NCBI GenBank assembly: GCA_049439205.1
Contig: JBMTKF010000003.1
Location: 4,512-68,511 of the forward strand
Origin: Flavobacteriaceae bacterium
Lineage (GTDB): Bacteria > Bacteroidota > Bacteroidia > Flavobacteriales > Flavobacteriaceae
Direction: 5' to 3'
Length of the DNA: 64,000 bases
Every line of letters starts with the position of its first letter. Position 1 is the first letter of the stretch. Below the pieces are notes generated by a model that ran no database searches, had not been told where the DNA came from, and worked only from the letters and a program-made list of their open reading frames with translations. This document shows positions 8,438-21,520 of the stretch, one piece after another. The translations under genes and the position numbers were made by a program.

Positions 8438-9886
8438 TTATGATTTTGGCCCCAAGTATTTGGAATATATTTTTTGGAAGGGTACCGTTATAAAATCCAA
8501 ATTCACAAATCCTTGATCAAATGAAGCTCTTTTGGTCAAATAAAAAGCAAAAGGAGCTAATACGATAGAAGACAACCAACTGGCTAAAACCGGATCAATA
8601 CTATTGTCCTCAGCAGCATTCTTTGCAAAGATTCCAATATAATGATAGGATAAAAAAATCAAAACGGATAACACCAGAGGTAAGCCTAATCCCCCTTTTT
8701 TGATAATTGCCCCCAGAGAGGCACCAATCAAGAATAGAAAGATTGATGAGAAAATTAAAGTGAATTTGTCTAACATGATCATTTTGTGTAAGTTGATCAA
8801 TTTTTGAAATACAAAAAAGTTTCTCTTCTTATTTTCCAAACTTCTCAAAATTCCTCTGACATCACTCAAAGACATCTCCAAAATTTGATCGCCATTCCAA
8901 TCATCTTTTGTTTTGATTATATTAAGAATATTCGCTCTTATGAGTGAATCTCTAACATATTCATGCTCTTCTTCCATTGGTTTTATATGACTGCCATAGT
9001 GCTTTTTATTGAAGTTTTCACTAAATATTTTTCTTTGGGCACTAAAATCACGTTCCAATGTGTCGATGCTTATTTTTAATTGATCAACTTTCTGCATTTT
9101 GTAGGTAGTTGTATAATTCTCCTCATTCAGATCTACATTATTGAATTTGGACAAGTCAATGTTCATTACATACTCTTCGAAATGAACTTTAGCATGAGGA
9201 AACCTCATTCGTTCCTCATAATTTTTACCTGCAATTTCTTCGTAACGATTTCCATCATACAAAACCAGTTGAAGGGTTGCATCTGTGGTTTTACTTTTTA
9301 GTTCCCCATTTTTGGCTTTGATGACAATTCGATTTTTATAATCATTGGTTTTTTCGTGAATAATCACATCTTCAAGTAATCTTTTGTTCTCCCCGTACTT
9401 GCGCTTTACTTTGATACTCATTTGACCCAGATCATTAAAAATACCCTCTCGGATTGCGATGGCAGGTTTTAGTTTAGCTAAGTTTCTTCTTAGGTTATAA
9501 GATTTTACTTCTCCGTAAGGGATCACATGATTAGAAAAATAAAAACTACCTACACCAATCACAATGTGAACCATAAATAAACCCATTATACAACGGATCA
9601 GTGAGATACCTGAAGATTTCATTGCAGCAAATTCATAATTTTCTGCAAGGCTTCCGAAAGTCATCAAAGAGGCCAACAATATTGAAAGAGGGAGGACAAT
9701 GGGAATAAGCTTGGGTACAAAGTAAATTAAAAATTTAAAAATAGTTTCGAAATCCAGACCTTTCCCAGCGAGATCATCAATATATAACCAAAAGGTTTGT
9801 ACTACAAAAATCATCATGCAGATAGCAAATACGCTAATTAAGCGGATTAAATACTGATGGATAATATAGCGATCAAGTATTTTCAA
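8438..9886 (-). CDS. LptF/LptG (YjgP/YjgQ) family LPS export permease
   Basis: 482 aa. MKILDRYI.. N-terminus is typical of the family. TM segments at both ends flank a large periplasmic insert. Confidence 0.75.
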   Translation of the reverse strand: MKILDRYIIHQYLIRLISVFAICMMIFVVQTFWLYIDDLAGKGLDFETIFKFLIYFVPKLIPIVLPLSILLASLMTFGSLAENYEFAAMKSSGISLIRCIMGLFMVHIVIGVGSFYFSNHVIPYGEVKSYNLRRNLAKLKPAIAIREGIFNDLGQMSIKVKRKYGENKRLLEDVIIHEKTNDYKNRIVIKAKNGELKSKTTDATLQLVLYDGNRYEEIAGKNYEERMRFPHAKVHFEEYVMNIDLSKFNNVDLNEENYTTTYKMQKVDQLKISIDTLERDFSAQRKIFSENFNKKHYGSHIKPMEEEHEYVRDSLIRANILNIIKTKDDWNGDQILEMSLSDVRGILRSLENKKRNFFVFQKLINLHKMIMLDKFTLIFSSIFLFLIGASLGAIIKKGGLGLPLVLSVLIFLSYHYIGIFAKNAAEDNSIDPVLASWLSSIVLAPFAFYLTKRASFDQGFVNLDFITVPFQKIYSKYLGPKS

Positions 9887-9890
9887 TACC

Positions 9891-10532
9891 CTAATTGTTG
9901 ATGAAATAATTGGGATAGTCGTCTTGGTTAAAAATGAAAAAATTTTCTGGTAGATAACTGTCCACTTTCATATTTTTTATAGTAAGTGTGGTTACGGTCC
10001 CATTTTTTCCTACCTCAATTAGTTTATGTAAATGATTTTTTTGCGTATCGATACCTAGTAACAAGGAAACGACATCCCCGTCTTTTTGTTTAGGAATCAG
10101 TTTAACGAATTGAATATTTTTTCCTTTTACCCTTTGATTGATGTCCCAATAGTAATCATAACCATCTTTATGAAAATTTAATAATTCTTTTGGGTTTATA
10201 CCAAATTCTTCTTCCTCATCGGCTTGGGTAATAGTTATTTCTTCATTTTCTGGAACGATGGTATACAATACGTTTCCATCAAAAAGTTGTATTGCATCAA
10301 GAAACTTTAATTTGTATTTCTCTTTTGCTAAGGTTACCTGTCCCGAACTTTCCTGATTGATTTGCTCTAAACGATTGTTAAGTATATAACTGAATTCGAA
10401 TTCAATATTCTCGTAATTTCCCATTTGTTTAGAAGTCAATTCCAATAGGTTTTGGGCTTCGACAGAGGTTTGTGTCCTTGCAGAAAATATAGTACCGATA
10501 AAAAACAACAAAAAGTAGTTTACTATTTTCAT
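9891..10532 (-). CDS. LolA-like outer-membrane lipoprotein carrier protein
   Basis: 213 aa, signal peptide. Size and position between ftsK and lptF/G match the conserved Bacteroidota ftsK-lolA arrangement. The sequence-level call is weak. Confidence 0.6.
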   Translation of the reverse strand: MKIVNYFLLFFIGTIFSARTQTSVEAQNLLELTSKQMGNYENIEFEFSYILNNRLEQINQESSGQVTLAKEKYKLKFLDAIQLFDGNVLYTIVPENEEITITQADEEEEFGINPKELLNFHKDGYDYYWDINQRVKGKNIQFVKLIPKQKDGDVVSLLLGIDTQKNHLHKLIEVGKNGTVTTLTIKNMKVDSYLPENFFIFNQDDYPNYFINN

Positions 10533-10541
10533 ATTGCAAAT

Positions 10542-12851
10542 TTATGCATCTTCATTATTCAAAAATGCATCTAAAGCATTTAAATCTGATATAAGTACTT
10601 GCCTTGCCTTACTTCCCTCAAATGGCCCTACAATTCCAGCAACTTCCATTTGGTCGATAATCCTTCCGGCCCTGTTATAACCAAGTTTGAGTTTTCTTTG
10701 CAGAAGTGATGCAGATCCCTGTTGAGCTGTTACAATTACCTCTGCTGCCTCTTTAAAGAGTTCGTCTCTCTCCGAGGGATCTAGGTCTAAACTACTTAAA
10801 TTTTCTTCAACGTATTCAGGCAAAATATAAGCGCTGGCATAGCCCATTTGCAATCCTATGTAATCCGAAATCTTTTGAACTTCTGGTGTATCTACAAAAG
10901 CACATTGAATTCGTGTCAAGTCGTTGCCCTGTGTGTAGAGCATGTCTCCACGGCCTATCAATTGCTCAGCTCCTCCTGAATCCAGAATAGTACGAGAGTC
11001 TATTTTTGATGTCACCCTAAAAGCAATTCTAGCTGGGAAGTTCGCTTTGATGATCCCAGTAATGACATTAACTGAGGGCCTTTGGGTGGCAATAATCAGA
11101 TGAATCCCTACAGCTCTTGCCAATTGCGCCAATCGTGCAATGGGTGTCTCAACTTCCTTTCCTGCGGTCATAATCAGGTCGGCAAACTCATCTACTACCA
11201 AAACGATATAAGGCAAAAAATTATGCCCTTCTTCAGGATTTAATTTTCTCTCTCGGTACTTTTGATTATATTCCTTTAGGTTCCGACACATGCCATTTTT
11301 GAGCAATTCGTATCTATTGTCCATTTCTATACAGAGGGAGTTAAGGGTATGGATTACTTTAGTATTATCAGTGATGATTGCTTCTTCAGTATTTGGTAAT
11401 TTAGCTAAGTAGTGACGTTCAATTTTGCTATAGATGTTAAGCTCCACTTTTTTGGGATCAACCAAAACGAATTTGATCTCGGCGGGATGTTTTTTGTAAA
11501 GTAGGGAAGTCAGTACCGCATTTAATCCTACCGATTTTCCTTGACCTGTTGCCCCAGCCATCAGCAAATGTGGCATTTTTGTCAAATCCACAACAAAAGT
11601 TTCGTTACTTATGTTTTTACCTAAGGCTATAGGTAACTCCATTTCAGCGGTTTGAAATTTATTAGATGTGATCACAGATCGCATAGAAACTATACTGGGT
11701 TTCTGGTTGGGGACTTCAATTCCAATGGTTCCCTTTCCTGGAATTGGAGCAATTATTCTTATTCCTAATGCGGAAAGGGAAAGAGCAATATCGTCCTCCA
11801 AATTTTTTATTTTTGAAATCCTAATTCCCGCTTCCGGGACTATCTCATAAAGGGTTACGGTAGGCCCTACCGTTGCTTTGATTTTTGAGATGCCGATGTT
11901 GTAATTTTTTAAAGTTTCAACAATTTTATTTTTGTTCAATTCCAATTCCTCTTGATCGATGGTAATGGAATTTTCTCCATAATCTTTGAGTAGGTCATGT
12001 ATGGGAAAACGGTACTTGCTAAGCTCCAGTTTTGGATCGAAAAAACCATGTTTTTCAACCAAAGACTGCGCCAAGTTGTCAGTCAAACTTTCTTCCTCTT
12101 CATATGTTTCCACTTCCATCTTAACTTCATCTTCAGCTATTGATTTTTCAACTTCAATGGTATTGACTTGTTTTGCCTCAATGTCAGGTGCAGCAGCTTC
12201 AATAAAATCATCGATTTCTATATCTAAGCTGTTTTCGATACTGACATCAGTTTTAGTCTCTTCCTTTTTAATTAGGGATCTAAAAAACAAAATGGCTTTT
12301 TCTGGAGTGAATTTCCATTGGATTACTAATATGGCAATCAATAAAAAAATGAGAAAACCTGATACACCAACTTTTCCAAGATATGCCACAAGAAAACTAT
12401 TAATTTCGTAGCCAACCAACCCACCTAATAACGGAGAATCAATGTGGTAAAATCCGAAAAATACCGACAAACACATCAAATAAAGCATTGCCCAACTACA
12501 GTGGACTATTAGATTTTTTTTCTCACGATTAAAAAAAAGTAAATAACCCCAATAACAAAGTAGACATGGGAGAATAAAAACAGATATTCCAAATAATTGA
12601 TAGACAAAAAAGTGACTAACCAAGGCTCCAATTTTATTTAAAAGATTTTGCGACGGAACCTCTTTATCAAAAAATAATTCTAGAGTGCTTTGATCCGATT
12701 GGTGGTGGAATAAAAAAGAAACGAATGAAACAGTCATCAAAAATCCCAACAACAGTAAAAAACTTCCCAAAAGTATTTGTCTTTTCCTGACATGGGGATT
12801 TTTATCTTCCGAAAATTCAGGGAGTCGGGGTTGGGATCGCTTTCTGATCAT
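10542..12851 (-). CDS. ftsK: DNA translocase FtsK/SpoIIIE
   Basis: 769 aa. N-terminal TM segments, Walker A GATGQGKS, Walker B LVVDEFADL, and a C-terminal gamma winged-helix (SASLLQRKLKLGYNRAGRIIDQME). Confidence 0.95.
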   Translation of the reverse strand: MIRKRSQPRLPEFSEDKNPHVRKRQILLGSFLLLLGFLMTVSFVSFLFHHQSDQSTLELFFDKEVPSQNLLNKIGALVSHFFVYQLFGISVFILPCLLCYWGYLLFFNREKKNLIVHCSWAMLYLMCLSVFFGFYHIDSPLLGGLVGYEINSFLVAYLGKVGVSGFLIFLLIAILVIQWKFTPEKAILFFRSLIKKEETKTDVSIENSLDIEIDDFIEAAAPDIEAKQVNTIEVEKSIAEDEVKMEVETYEEEESLTDNLAQSLVEKHGFFDPKLELSKYRFPIHDLLKDYGENSITIDQEELELNKNKIVETLKNYNIGISKIKATVGPTVTLYEIVPEAGIRISKIKNLEDDIALSLSALGIRIIAPIPGKGTIGIEVPNQKPSIVSMRSVITSNKFQTAEMELPIALGKNISNETFVVDLTKMPHLLMAGATGQGKSVGLNAVLTSLLYKKHPAEIKFVLVDPKKVELNIYSKIERHYLAKLPNTEEAIITDNTKVIHTLNSLCIEMDNRYELLKNGMCRNLKEYNQKYRERKLNPEEGHNFLPYIVLVVDEFADLIMTAGKEVETPIARLAQLARAVGIHLIIATQRPSVNVITGIIKANFPARIAFRVTSKIDSRTILDSGGAEQLIGRGDMLYTQGNDLTRIQCAFVDTPEVQKISDYIGLQMGYASAYILPEYVEENLSSLDLDPSERDELFKEAAEVIVTAQQGSASLLQRKLKLGYNRAGRIIDQMEVAGIVGPFEGSKARQVLISDLNALDAFLNNEDA

Positions 12852-12901
12852 GAATAATGCTTATCAAACAAAAATACAAATTCATCCGAAATCATTGGAC
12901 T

Positions 12902-12936
12902 AAAAAAACCCCGATACTATAAATAGTCGGGGTTTT
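12902..12936 (-). terminator. Rho-independent terminator after katG
   Basis: The minus strand reads aaaaCCCCGActatttatagtaTCGGGGttttttt, ~25 nt after the katG stop. Confidence 0.75.
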
Positions 12937-12961
12937 ACCATTATGAAGTCTTCACACAGAC

Positions 12962-15196
<2,235 letters not shown>

Positions 15197-15301
15197 TTAT
15201 ATTGACATTTCAAATTTAAATTTATTTGGAGTAAAATTTACAAGAGATAATAATTAATTTCTTTAAGATTATAAGAATTTCTGATCATTTCTGACAGGAT
15301 A

Positions 15302-16735
15302 TCAATCAACATCTAATTTTTTTATCTTTATTTTAAGATAGGCATAAATCAAAGTCATTAAAGGACTAATCCAATTAAAAAAAGCGTAGATAAAATACTC
15401 TGTTACACCTACGCCCAATACACCCGATTGATATGCCCCACAGGTATTCCACGGCACCAATACCGAGGTAACTGTTCCAGCATCCTCAAGTGTTCTGCTC
15501 AGATTCTCGGGAGCCAATTTTCGATCTCGGTAGGCTTGTGTAAACATCTTTCCAGGTACAACAATTGCCAAGTATTGATCTGAAGCGGTAAGGTTAACAG
15601 TCAGACTGGATGCAGCCGTACCAGCAATGAGTTGAAAATTGGTTTTAGCCCATTTTAAAAAAGCATTGCTGATGGCCTGTAAGGCTCCGATTGCGTCCAT
15701 CACCCCACCAAAAACCATAGCACAAATAATCAACCAAACCGTGCCCAACATACCTTGCATTCCTCCCGATGAAAATAATTCATTCAAAAGAGAATCATTT
15801 GTTTCGATGTGAGTATCGACAGTAATCGCATTAAAAATACTTTTATAAATGGTTTTAAAATTCAATACTGAACTTTCTGACAAATCCATTAGCAATTGAG
15901 GTTGAAAAATCAGAGCAAAAAGACCTCCCAAAAGTATTCCAACAAAGAGTGCCAAAAGCGGAGGAGTTTTTTTGACAATCATTATGATAACTATCAGAGG
16001 GACTAAAAACAAAAGGGGACTTATATTAAATTTCTCTCTAATGGATTCACTCAGTAAGGAAGTATCTACTTCTCCAGAACTTGAAAAACTCCATCCCAAA
16101 AAAATAAATAACAAAAGGGTAATAATAATACTGGGTAGGGTTGTGTAGAGCATATAACGAATATGGGCAAAGAGCTCGCTTCCTGCCATTGCAGGAGCCA
16201 AGTTGGTGGTGTCACTCATGGGGGAGAGTTTATCTCCAAAATAGGCACCGGAAATCACAGCACCTGCTACCATACCCACGGGCAAGTCCAAAGCCTTACC
16301 AATACCTATCAATGCGATCCCAATGGTCGCAGAAGTGGACCAACTACTCCCTGTGGCCAAAGATACCAAGGCCGAGATCAATACACATGCGGGCAAGAAA
16401 AAATAAGGATTGGCAATTTGTAAACCATATTCTATCATGGCAGGAATGATACCGCTCAACAGCCATGTCCCGGCCAAAGCACCGACAAAAAGTAAAATCA
16501 AAATGGGGCCTGTGACCGATTGTAAGTTTTCACTAATCTTTTGCAACATTTGCCCATAAGTGACATTGTTTCGTAGACCTACCAAGCCCCCTACAACTCC
16601 ACCTAACAAAAGAATAAATTGGTTGGAACCACTCAGTGCATCATCACCAAAAACAGTAACATTATAGGTCAACATTACGACCAAAATGATCAAGGGCAGT
16701 AAAGCGGCCGATAGGGATAGTTTAGGGGTTTTCAA
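15302..16735 (-). CDS. nhaC: Na+/H+ antiporter NhaC family
   Basis: 477 aa polytopic membrane protein. Overall similarity to NhaC-family antiporters, from memory. Confidence 0.8.
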   Translation of the reverse strand: MKTPKLSLSAALLPLIILVVMLTYNVTVFGDDALSGSNQFILLLGGVVGGLVGLRNNVTYGQMLQKISENLQSVTGPILILLFVGALAGTWLLSGIIPAMIEYGLQIANPYFFLPACVLISALVSLATGSSWSTSATIGIALIGIGKALDLPVGMVAGAVISGAYFGDKLSPMSDTTNLAPAMAGSELFAHIRYMLYTTLPSIIITLLLFIFLGWSFSSSGEVDTSLLSESIREKFNISPLLFLVPLIVIIMIVKKTPPLLALFVGILLGGLFALIFQPQLLMDLSESSVLNFKTIYKSIFNAITVDTHIETNDSLLNELFSSGGMQGMLGTVWLIICAMVFGGVMDAIGALQAISNAFLKWAKTNFQLIAGTAASSLTVNLTASDQYLAIVVPGKMFTQAYRDRKLAPENLSRTLEDAGTVTSVLVPWNTCGAYQSGVLGVGVTEYFIYAFFNWISPLMTLIYAYLKIKIKKLDVD

Positions 16736-16940
16736 ACTTTTAAAAATTTTTCACAATTTAAATAATTTTTAAAAATTTTAAATTTTAAAATTTTTATCAA
16801 ATAAGTAAAGTTGAAACATAATTCAATTTTAAGATAGATTAGTTTCTATTTTAAAAAAATTAAATAAATCGATTCGTTCAAAAAAGCTATCTTAACACTG
16901 TAAACATTTGTATTTTTGACTGTAAATCAAAATTTAAACT

Positions 16941-18341
16941 ATGCAATCATTTGATGTTGCCGTAATTGGATCTGGCCCTGGAGGATATGTAGCTGCCATT
17001 CGTTGTGCCCAGTTGGGAATGAAAACCGCACTGATAGAGAAATACAATACCTTAGGGGGGACGTGCCTTAATGTAGGCTGTATTCCATCTAAGTCATTAC
17101 TGGATTCTTCTCACCACTATGAAGATGCTGTAAAGCATTTTGAAGAACATGGGATTGAAATTCCCGGGCAGGTGAAGGTCAATCTGGAAAAAATGATTGC
17201 TCGAAAAGCCGCCGTGGTCGAACAAACTACCAAAGGCATTGATTTTTTGATGGACAAGAATAAAGTAACCGTTTTTAATGGCTTGGGTTCTTTTAAGGAT
17301 GCTGCCACCATTCATATCGAAGGAGAAAAGCCAGAGGATATTTCGGTCAAAAACATCATTATTGCCACAGGTTCTAAACCTGCGAGCTTACCCTTCATTA
17401 ATATTGATAAAGAACGCGTCATCACCTCTACCGAGGCATTGGATTTGAAAGAAATCCCCAAACACATGATCGTCATCGGTGGAGGGGTCATTGGTTTGGA
17501 GTTAGGTCAGGTATATAAAAGACTTGGGGCAGAGGTCTCTGTCATTGAGTATGCAGACCGCATTACTCCTGTCATGGATAGTGCCTTATCTCGTGAATTG
17601 ACCAAGGTGATGAAAAAGCAAAAAATAAAGTTTTATCTCTCCCATCAAGTAAACAAGGTGGAGCGCAATGGAGATACTGTTACCGTAACGGCCTCAGATA
17701 AAAAAGGGGAGGAAGTAACTTTTGAGGGAGATTACTGCCTGGTTTCTGTTGGCAGAAAACCCTACACTGATGGATTAAACGCTGAAGCGGCGGGGGTAAA
17801 ACTCACTGAACGGGGAGAAATAGAAGTCAATAAACATCTTCAAACCTCTGCTTCTAACATTTACGCAATTGGTGATGTAGTTCGCGGTGCGATGTTGGCC
17901 CACAAAGCAGAAGAGGAGGGTGTGATGGTCGCTGAAATACTGTCCGGACAACAACCCCATATTGACTATAACCTCATTCCCAATGTGATCTATACTTGGC
18001 CCGAAGTAGCAGCCGTAGGCAAAACTGAAGAAGAACTTAAATCGACCGGGGTAAATTACAAAAGTGGACAGTTTCCCATGCGTGCCTTAGGTCGTTCGCG
18101 AGCCAGTGGAGATACCGATGGTTTTATCAAAATTTTGGCCGATGCCCAAACCGATGAGGTACTGGGGGTACACATGATTGGAGCCCGTGTCGCCGATTTG
18201 ATCGCCGAGGCAGTCGTCGCCATGGAATTTCGTGCCTCTGCTGAGGATATTGCGCGGATGAGTCATTCACATCCTACCTATGCTGAAGCAGTTAAAGAAG
18301 CAGCATTGGCGGCTTCAGAAAACCGACCCTTGCATATCTGA
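16941..18341 (+). CDS. lpdA: Dihydrolipoyl dehydrogenase (E3)
   Basis: 466 aa. FAD motif GSGPGGY, redox-active disulfide GGTCLNVGCIPSK, C-terminal HAHPT-like HSHPTYAEA. Confidence 0.95.
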   Translation: MQSFDVAVIGSGPGGYVAAIRCAQLGMKTALIEKYNTLGGTCLNVGCIPSKSLLDSSHHYEDAVKHFEEHGIEIPGQVKVNLEKMIARKAAVVEQTTKGIDFLMDKNKVTVFNGLGSFKDAATIHIEGEKPEDISVKNIIIATGSKPASLPFINIDKERVITSTEALDLKEIPKHMIVIGGGVIGLELGQVYKRLGAEVSVIEYADRITPVMDSALSRELTKVMKKQKIKFYLSHQVNKVERNGDTVTVTASDKKGEEVTFEGDYCLVSVGRKPYTDGLNAEAAGVKLTERGEIEVNKHLQTSASNIYAIGDVVRGAMLAHKAEEEGVMVAEILSGQQPHIDYNLIPNVIYTWPEVAAVGKTEEELKSTGVNYKSGQFPMRALGRSRASGDTDGFIKILADAQTDEVLGVHMIGARVADLIAEAVVAMEFRASAEDIARMSHSHPTYAEAVKEAALAASENRPLHI

Positions 18342-18403
18342 TAGGAAATTTTGGATGAATTAATTCAATAAGACCCCAATTATATTAGTGTCAGAAGGAT
18401 ATT

Positions 18404-19687
18404 TTATTCCATTGCCTTTTTCATTTTCAGATCAATTTCTTGGAGTGCTAAATTCCCCAAGCTTCCCAGATGAGTATGATCCAAAGTTTTTTTGGGTATG
18501 TACTTCTGCTTTGCGATGTCATCTCCCATCTTTTTATAGGCATCTCTAAAAGGCATTCCCTGCTTCACCCATTCGTTTAAGGTATCGACACTAAAAACAT
18601 ATTGATATTTCGGGTCATCCAAAATATTTTCTTTTATACTTATATTGTGGAGGGTGAAAACAAAAAGATCCAAACAAGATTTTAGTTCATTGATAGCTTC
18701 GATAATGAGTCCTTTAGCCAGCTGCATCTCTCGGTGGTAACCAGAAGGCAAATTGGCCATCAGTAACGCCAACTGATTAGGCAGTCCCTGAAGCAGGTTA
18801 CATTTGCCTCGGATGAGTTCAAATGCGTCGGGGTTTTTCTTGTGCGGCATGATACTAGAACCTGTGGTTAACTCTTCCGGAAAACTGATAAAATTGTGTT
18901 CCTGTCCCATGTATAGACAGATGTCCATTGACATTTTGGAAAGGGTAGCTGCCAAAGCAGCCATAGCAGTAGCGGTTGTCTTTTCGGCCTTACCCCTGCT
19001 CATCTGAGCTGCGATCACATTATATTTTAAATCGGAAAAATTTAAACTTTCGGTAGTGGCTTTCCTGTCAATCGGAAAAGAACTTCCAAAGCCTGCAGCA
19101 CTACCCAATGGGTTTTGATCCACAATTTGATGGGCAGCATTGAGCAAGATCACATCGTCGATCAGACTTTCGGCATAGGCCGAAAACCAAAGTCCAAATG
19201 AGGAGGGCATAGCAACTTGAAAATGGGTATAACCAGGTAAAAAATGATTCTTATGTTGATCGGCCAGATCCATTAATAAATTAAAAAAATTGAGGGTCAA
19301 CCCTTTAATCGTTTTAATTTCTTCCTTGAGATACAAATGAAGAGCAACCAATACCTGATCATTTCGAGATCTGGCGGTATGTATTTTTTTTCCCAAATCG
19401 CCAAGTTTTTGAATCAATTCATATTCTATTTTAGAATGTACGTCCTCAAACTCAGCTTCGATGACAAAATCCCCTTTTTCGGCCTTACTTTTTAAATCGT
19501 TTAATACTCCGATAAGTTGATCAGCCTCCTCCTCTGTCATCACTCCAGTTTTTGCCAACATTTGTGCATGAGCAATGGAGGCTTGGCAGTCATATGCTGC
19601 CAGATATAGATCATGCTCTCGATCTTTGCCCACTGTAAAATGGTCTATTTTTTTGTCTAGGGCTTGATTTTTTTGCCAGATTTTCAT
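18404..19687 (-). CDS. argH: Argininosuccinate lyase
   Basis: 427 aa. Fumarate-lyase signature GSSIMPHKKNPD. Last gene of the arg operon. Confidence 0.95.
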   Translation of the reverse strand: MKIWQKNQALDKKIDHFTVGKDREHDLYLAAYDCQASIAHAQMLAKTGVMTEEEADQLIGVLNDLKSKAEKGDFVIEAEFEDVHSKIEYELIQKLGDLGKKIHTARSRNDQVLVALHLYLKEEIKTIKGLTLNFFNLLMDLADQHKNHFLPGYTHFQVAMPSSFGLWFSAYAESLIDDVILLNAAHQIVDQNPLGSAAGFGSSFPIDRKATTESLNFSDLKYNVIAAQMSRGKAEKTTATAMAALAATLSKMSMDICLYMGQEHNFISFPEELTTGSSIMPHKKNPDAFELIRGKCNLLQGLPNQLALLMANLPSGYHREMQLAKGLIIEAINELKSCLDLFVFTLHNISIKENILDDPKYQYVFSVDTLNEWVKQGMPFRDAYKKMGDDIAKQKYIPKKTLDHTHLGSLGNLALQEIDLKMKKAME

Positions 19688-19689
19688 CG

Positions 19690-20745
19690 TTAAAGTATTT
19701 TTCCCAAGAGTTCAATATAAATATTTACCGCCTCTTCGATTTCATGAACAAAGATAAATTCATTAGCCGAATGTGACCTTGTTGACAGTCCTGGACCCAT
19801 TTTTAGAGAAGGACATTCTAATGCCGCCTGATCGGATAGGGTAGGGGAACCATAAGTTTTTCTTCCCAAGGCTATTCCCGCTTGAACCAATTCGTGCTCC
19901 ATTCCAATGGAGGAGGAATTGAGGTACAGAGATCGTGGAGTCATTTCGCAAGGGGCAGATTCTATAAGTATTTGTGCCAATTCTTGATTGCTGTATTGGT
20001 CGTTGACCCTTACATCTACCACCAGATGAACACTAGCGGGAACCACATTATGTTCTTTTCCTGCATTCACTTGAGTGACTGTAATTTTGACATCCCCCAA
20101 AAACTTGGACTGTTTTTCCAACGAAAAGTTTTGAAACCATTCCAATACTTTGGGAAGTTTCATAATGGGGTTGTCATCGTTGGGATGGGCTGCGTGACCG
20201 GGGGTACCTCTGATGACAACATCAAAAACAAGTAATCCTTTTTCGGCTACCGCCAAATGCATTTCGGTGGGTTCTCCAACTATGGCTACATCGATTTTAG
20301 GCAGTTTAGACAAAAGCCCTCTCAAACTTTGGGTTCCTGCAATTTCTTCCTCCGCACTGGCTGCCATCACCAAATTATACTTTGGATTTTTGGCGGCATA
20401 GTAGTGGGTAAACAAAGCAATCAAAGAAACCAAAGCCCCTCCCGCATCATTACTGCCCAAACCGTAAAGCTTTCCATCCTCGATTTTGGGTTCAAATGGA
20501 TCATTGGTATAAGCCGAGTTGGGCTGAACAGTATCGTGGTGAGAATTGAGTAAAAGGGTTGGTTTTTTAGGGTCATAAGCTTCATTTCGCGCCCAAATAT
20601 TGTTACCGACCCTCTGATAAGAAATACCATATTGGTCAAACCATTCTCCAATTCTGTCAGCGGTTTTGTCTTCTTCTTGCGAAAAAGAAGGGATGGCGAT
20701 CAAATCCTTCAATAAATCAATTGCTGCTGAAGTTAACTCATTCAT
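19690..20745 (-). CDS. argE: M20-family N-acyl-ornithine/citrulline deacylase (ArgE-like)
   Basis: 351 aa peptidase M20/ArgE/DapE family (LLNSHHDTV, GSNDAGG, EEE). Embedded in the arg operon with an 8-nt overlap with argB. Confidence 0.8.
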   Translation of the reverse strand: MNELTSAAIDLLKDLIAIPSFSQEEDKTADRIGEWFDQYGISYQRVGNNIWARNEAYDPKKPTLLLNSHHDTVQPNSAYTNDPFEPKIEDGKLYGLGSNDAGGALVSLIALFTHYYAAKNPKYNLVMAASAEEEIAGTQSLRGLLSKLPKIDVAIVGEPTEMHLAVAEKGLLVFDVVIRGTPGHAAHPNDDNPIMKLPKVLEWFQNFSLEKQSKFLGDVKITVTQVNAGKEHNVVPASVHLVVDVRVNDQYSNQELAQILIESAPCEMTPRSLYLNSSSIGMEHELVQAGIALGRKTYGSPTLSDQAALECPSLKMGPGLSTRSHSANEFIFVHEIEEAVNIYIELLGKIL

Positions 20746-21520
20746 CTTTTAATTTTATTGATGTGTGTGGGGTAATTCCCGCTACCATTTTTGGTGCCCC
20801 GATTTTAACCGATGAAACACCATTTTTTAACGCGTTAAAGCAGTTGTCGATCTTTGGGATCATGCCTGAGTGAATGACTTGCTCTGCTTTTAAACTCTTA
20901 TATTTTTTGGGGGTGATGGTTTCAATCACACTGCTGTCGTTATCTATATTTTCCAAAACACCTTGCTTTTCAAAACAATAGCCCAAAAATACTTCAAAAT
21001 ATTGCGATAAACTCTGGGCCAAGGTGGCGGCAATAGTATCGGCATTGGTATTAAGGAGTTGTCCTTTTTGGTCGTGTGTAATGGCGCAACAAACAGGCGT
21101 ATATCCGGTTTTGAGTAATATTTGAAATAATTCGGTATTTACACCGACGACATCCCCCACATAACCATAGTCGATTGTTTTTACAGGTCTCTTAACCGCT
21201 TGAATAGCATTACCATCAGCCCCGGATAGTCCCAGTGCATTGCATCCTAAATTTTGTAATTGGGCTACAATATTCTTGTTTATTTTGCCGCCATATAGCA
21301 TGGTGATGACATCGAGGTTCTTAGCATCAGTGATCCTTCTGCCCTCAACTATTTGGACAGGTATCCCCATTTGATTGGCCATGGCTGTCGCTTTTTTGCC
21401 CCCTCCATGAACCAAAATTTTGGTGCTTTGGATTTGGGCAAAGTCTGTCAAGAAGGATTGCAGTGCATCTTCATCTTCTATTACATTCCCTCCTATTTTG
21501 ATCACCGCCAGTTTATCCAT
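20738..21520 (-). CDS. argB: Acetylglutamate kinase
   Basis: 260 aa amino-acid kinase fold (VIKIGGN, VHGGG). Overlaps its neighbours by 8 nt on both sides. Confidence 0.9.
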   Translation of the reverse strand: MDKLAVIKIGGNVIEDEDALQSFLTDFAQIQSTKILVHGGGKKATAMANQMGIPVQIVEGRRITDAKNLDVITMLYGGKINKNIVAQLQNLGCNALGLSGADGNAIQAVKRPVKTIDYGYVGDVVGVNTELFQILLKTGYTPVCCAITHDQKGQLLNTNADTIAATLAQSLSQYFEVFLGYCFEKQGVLENIDNDSSVIETITPKKYKSLKAEQVIHSGMIPKIDNCFNALKNGVSSVKIGAPKMVAGITPHTSIKLKDE

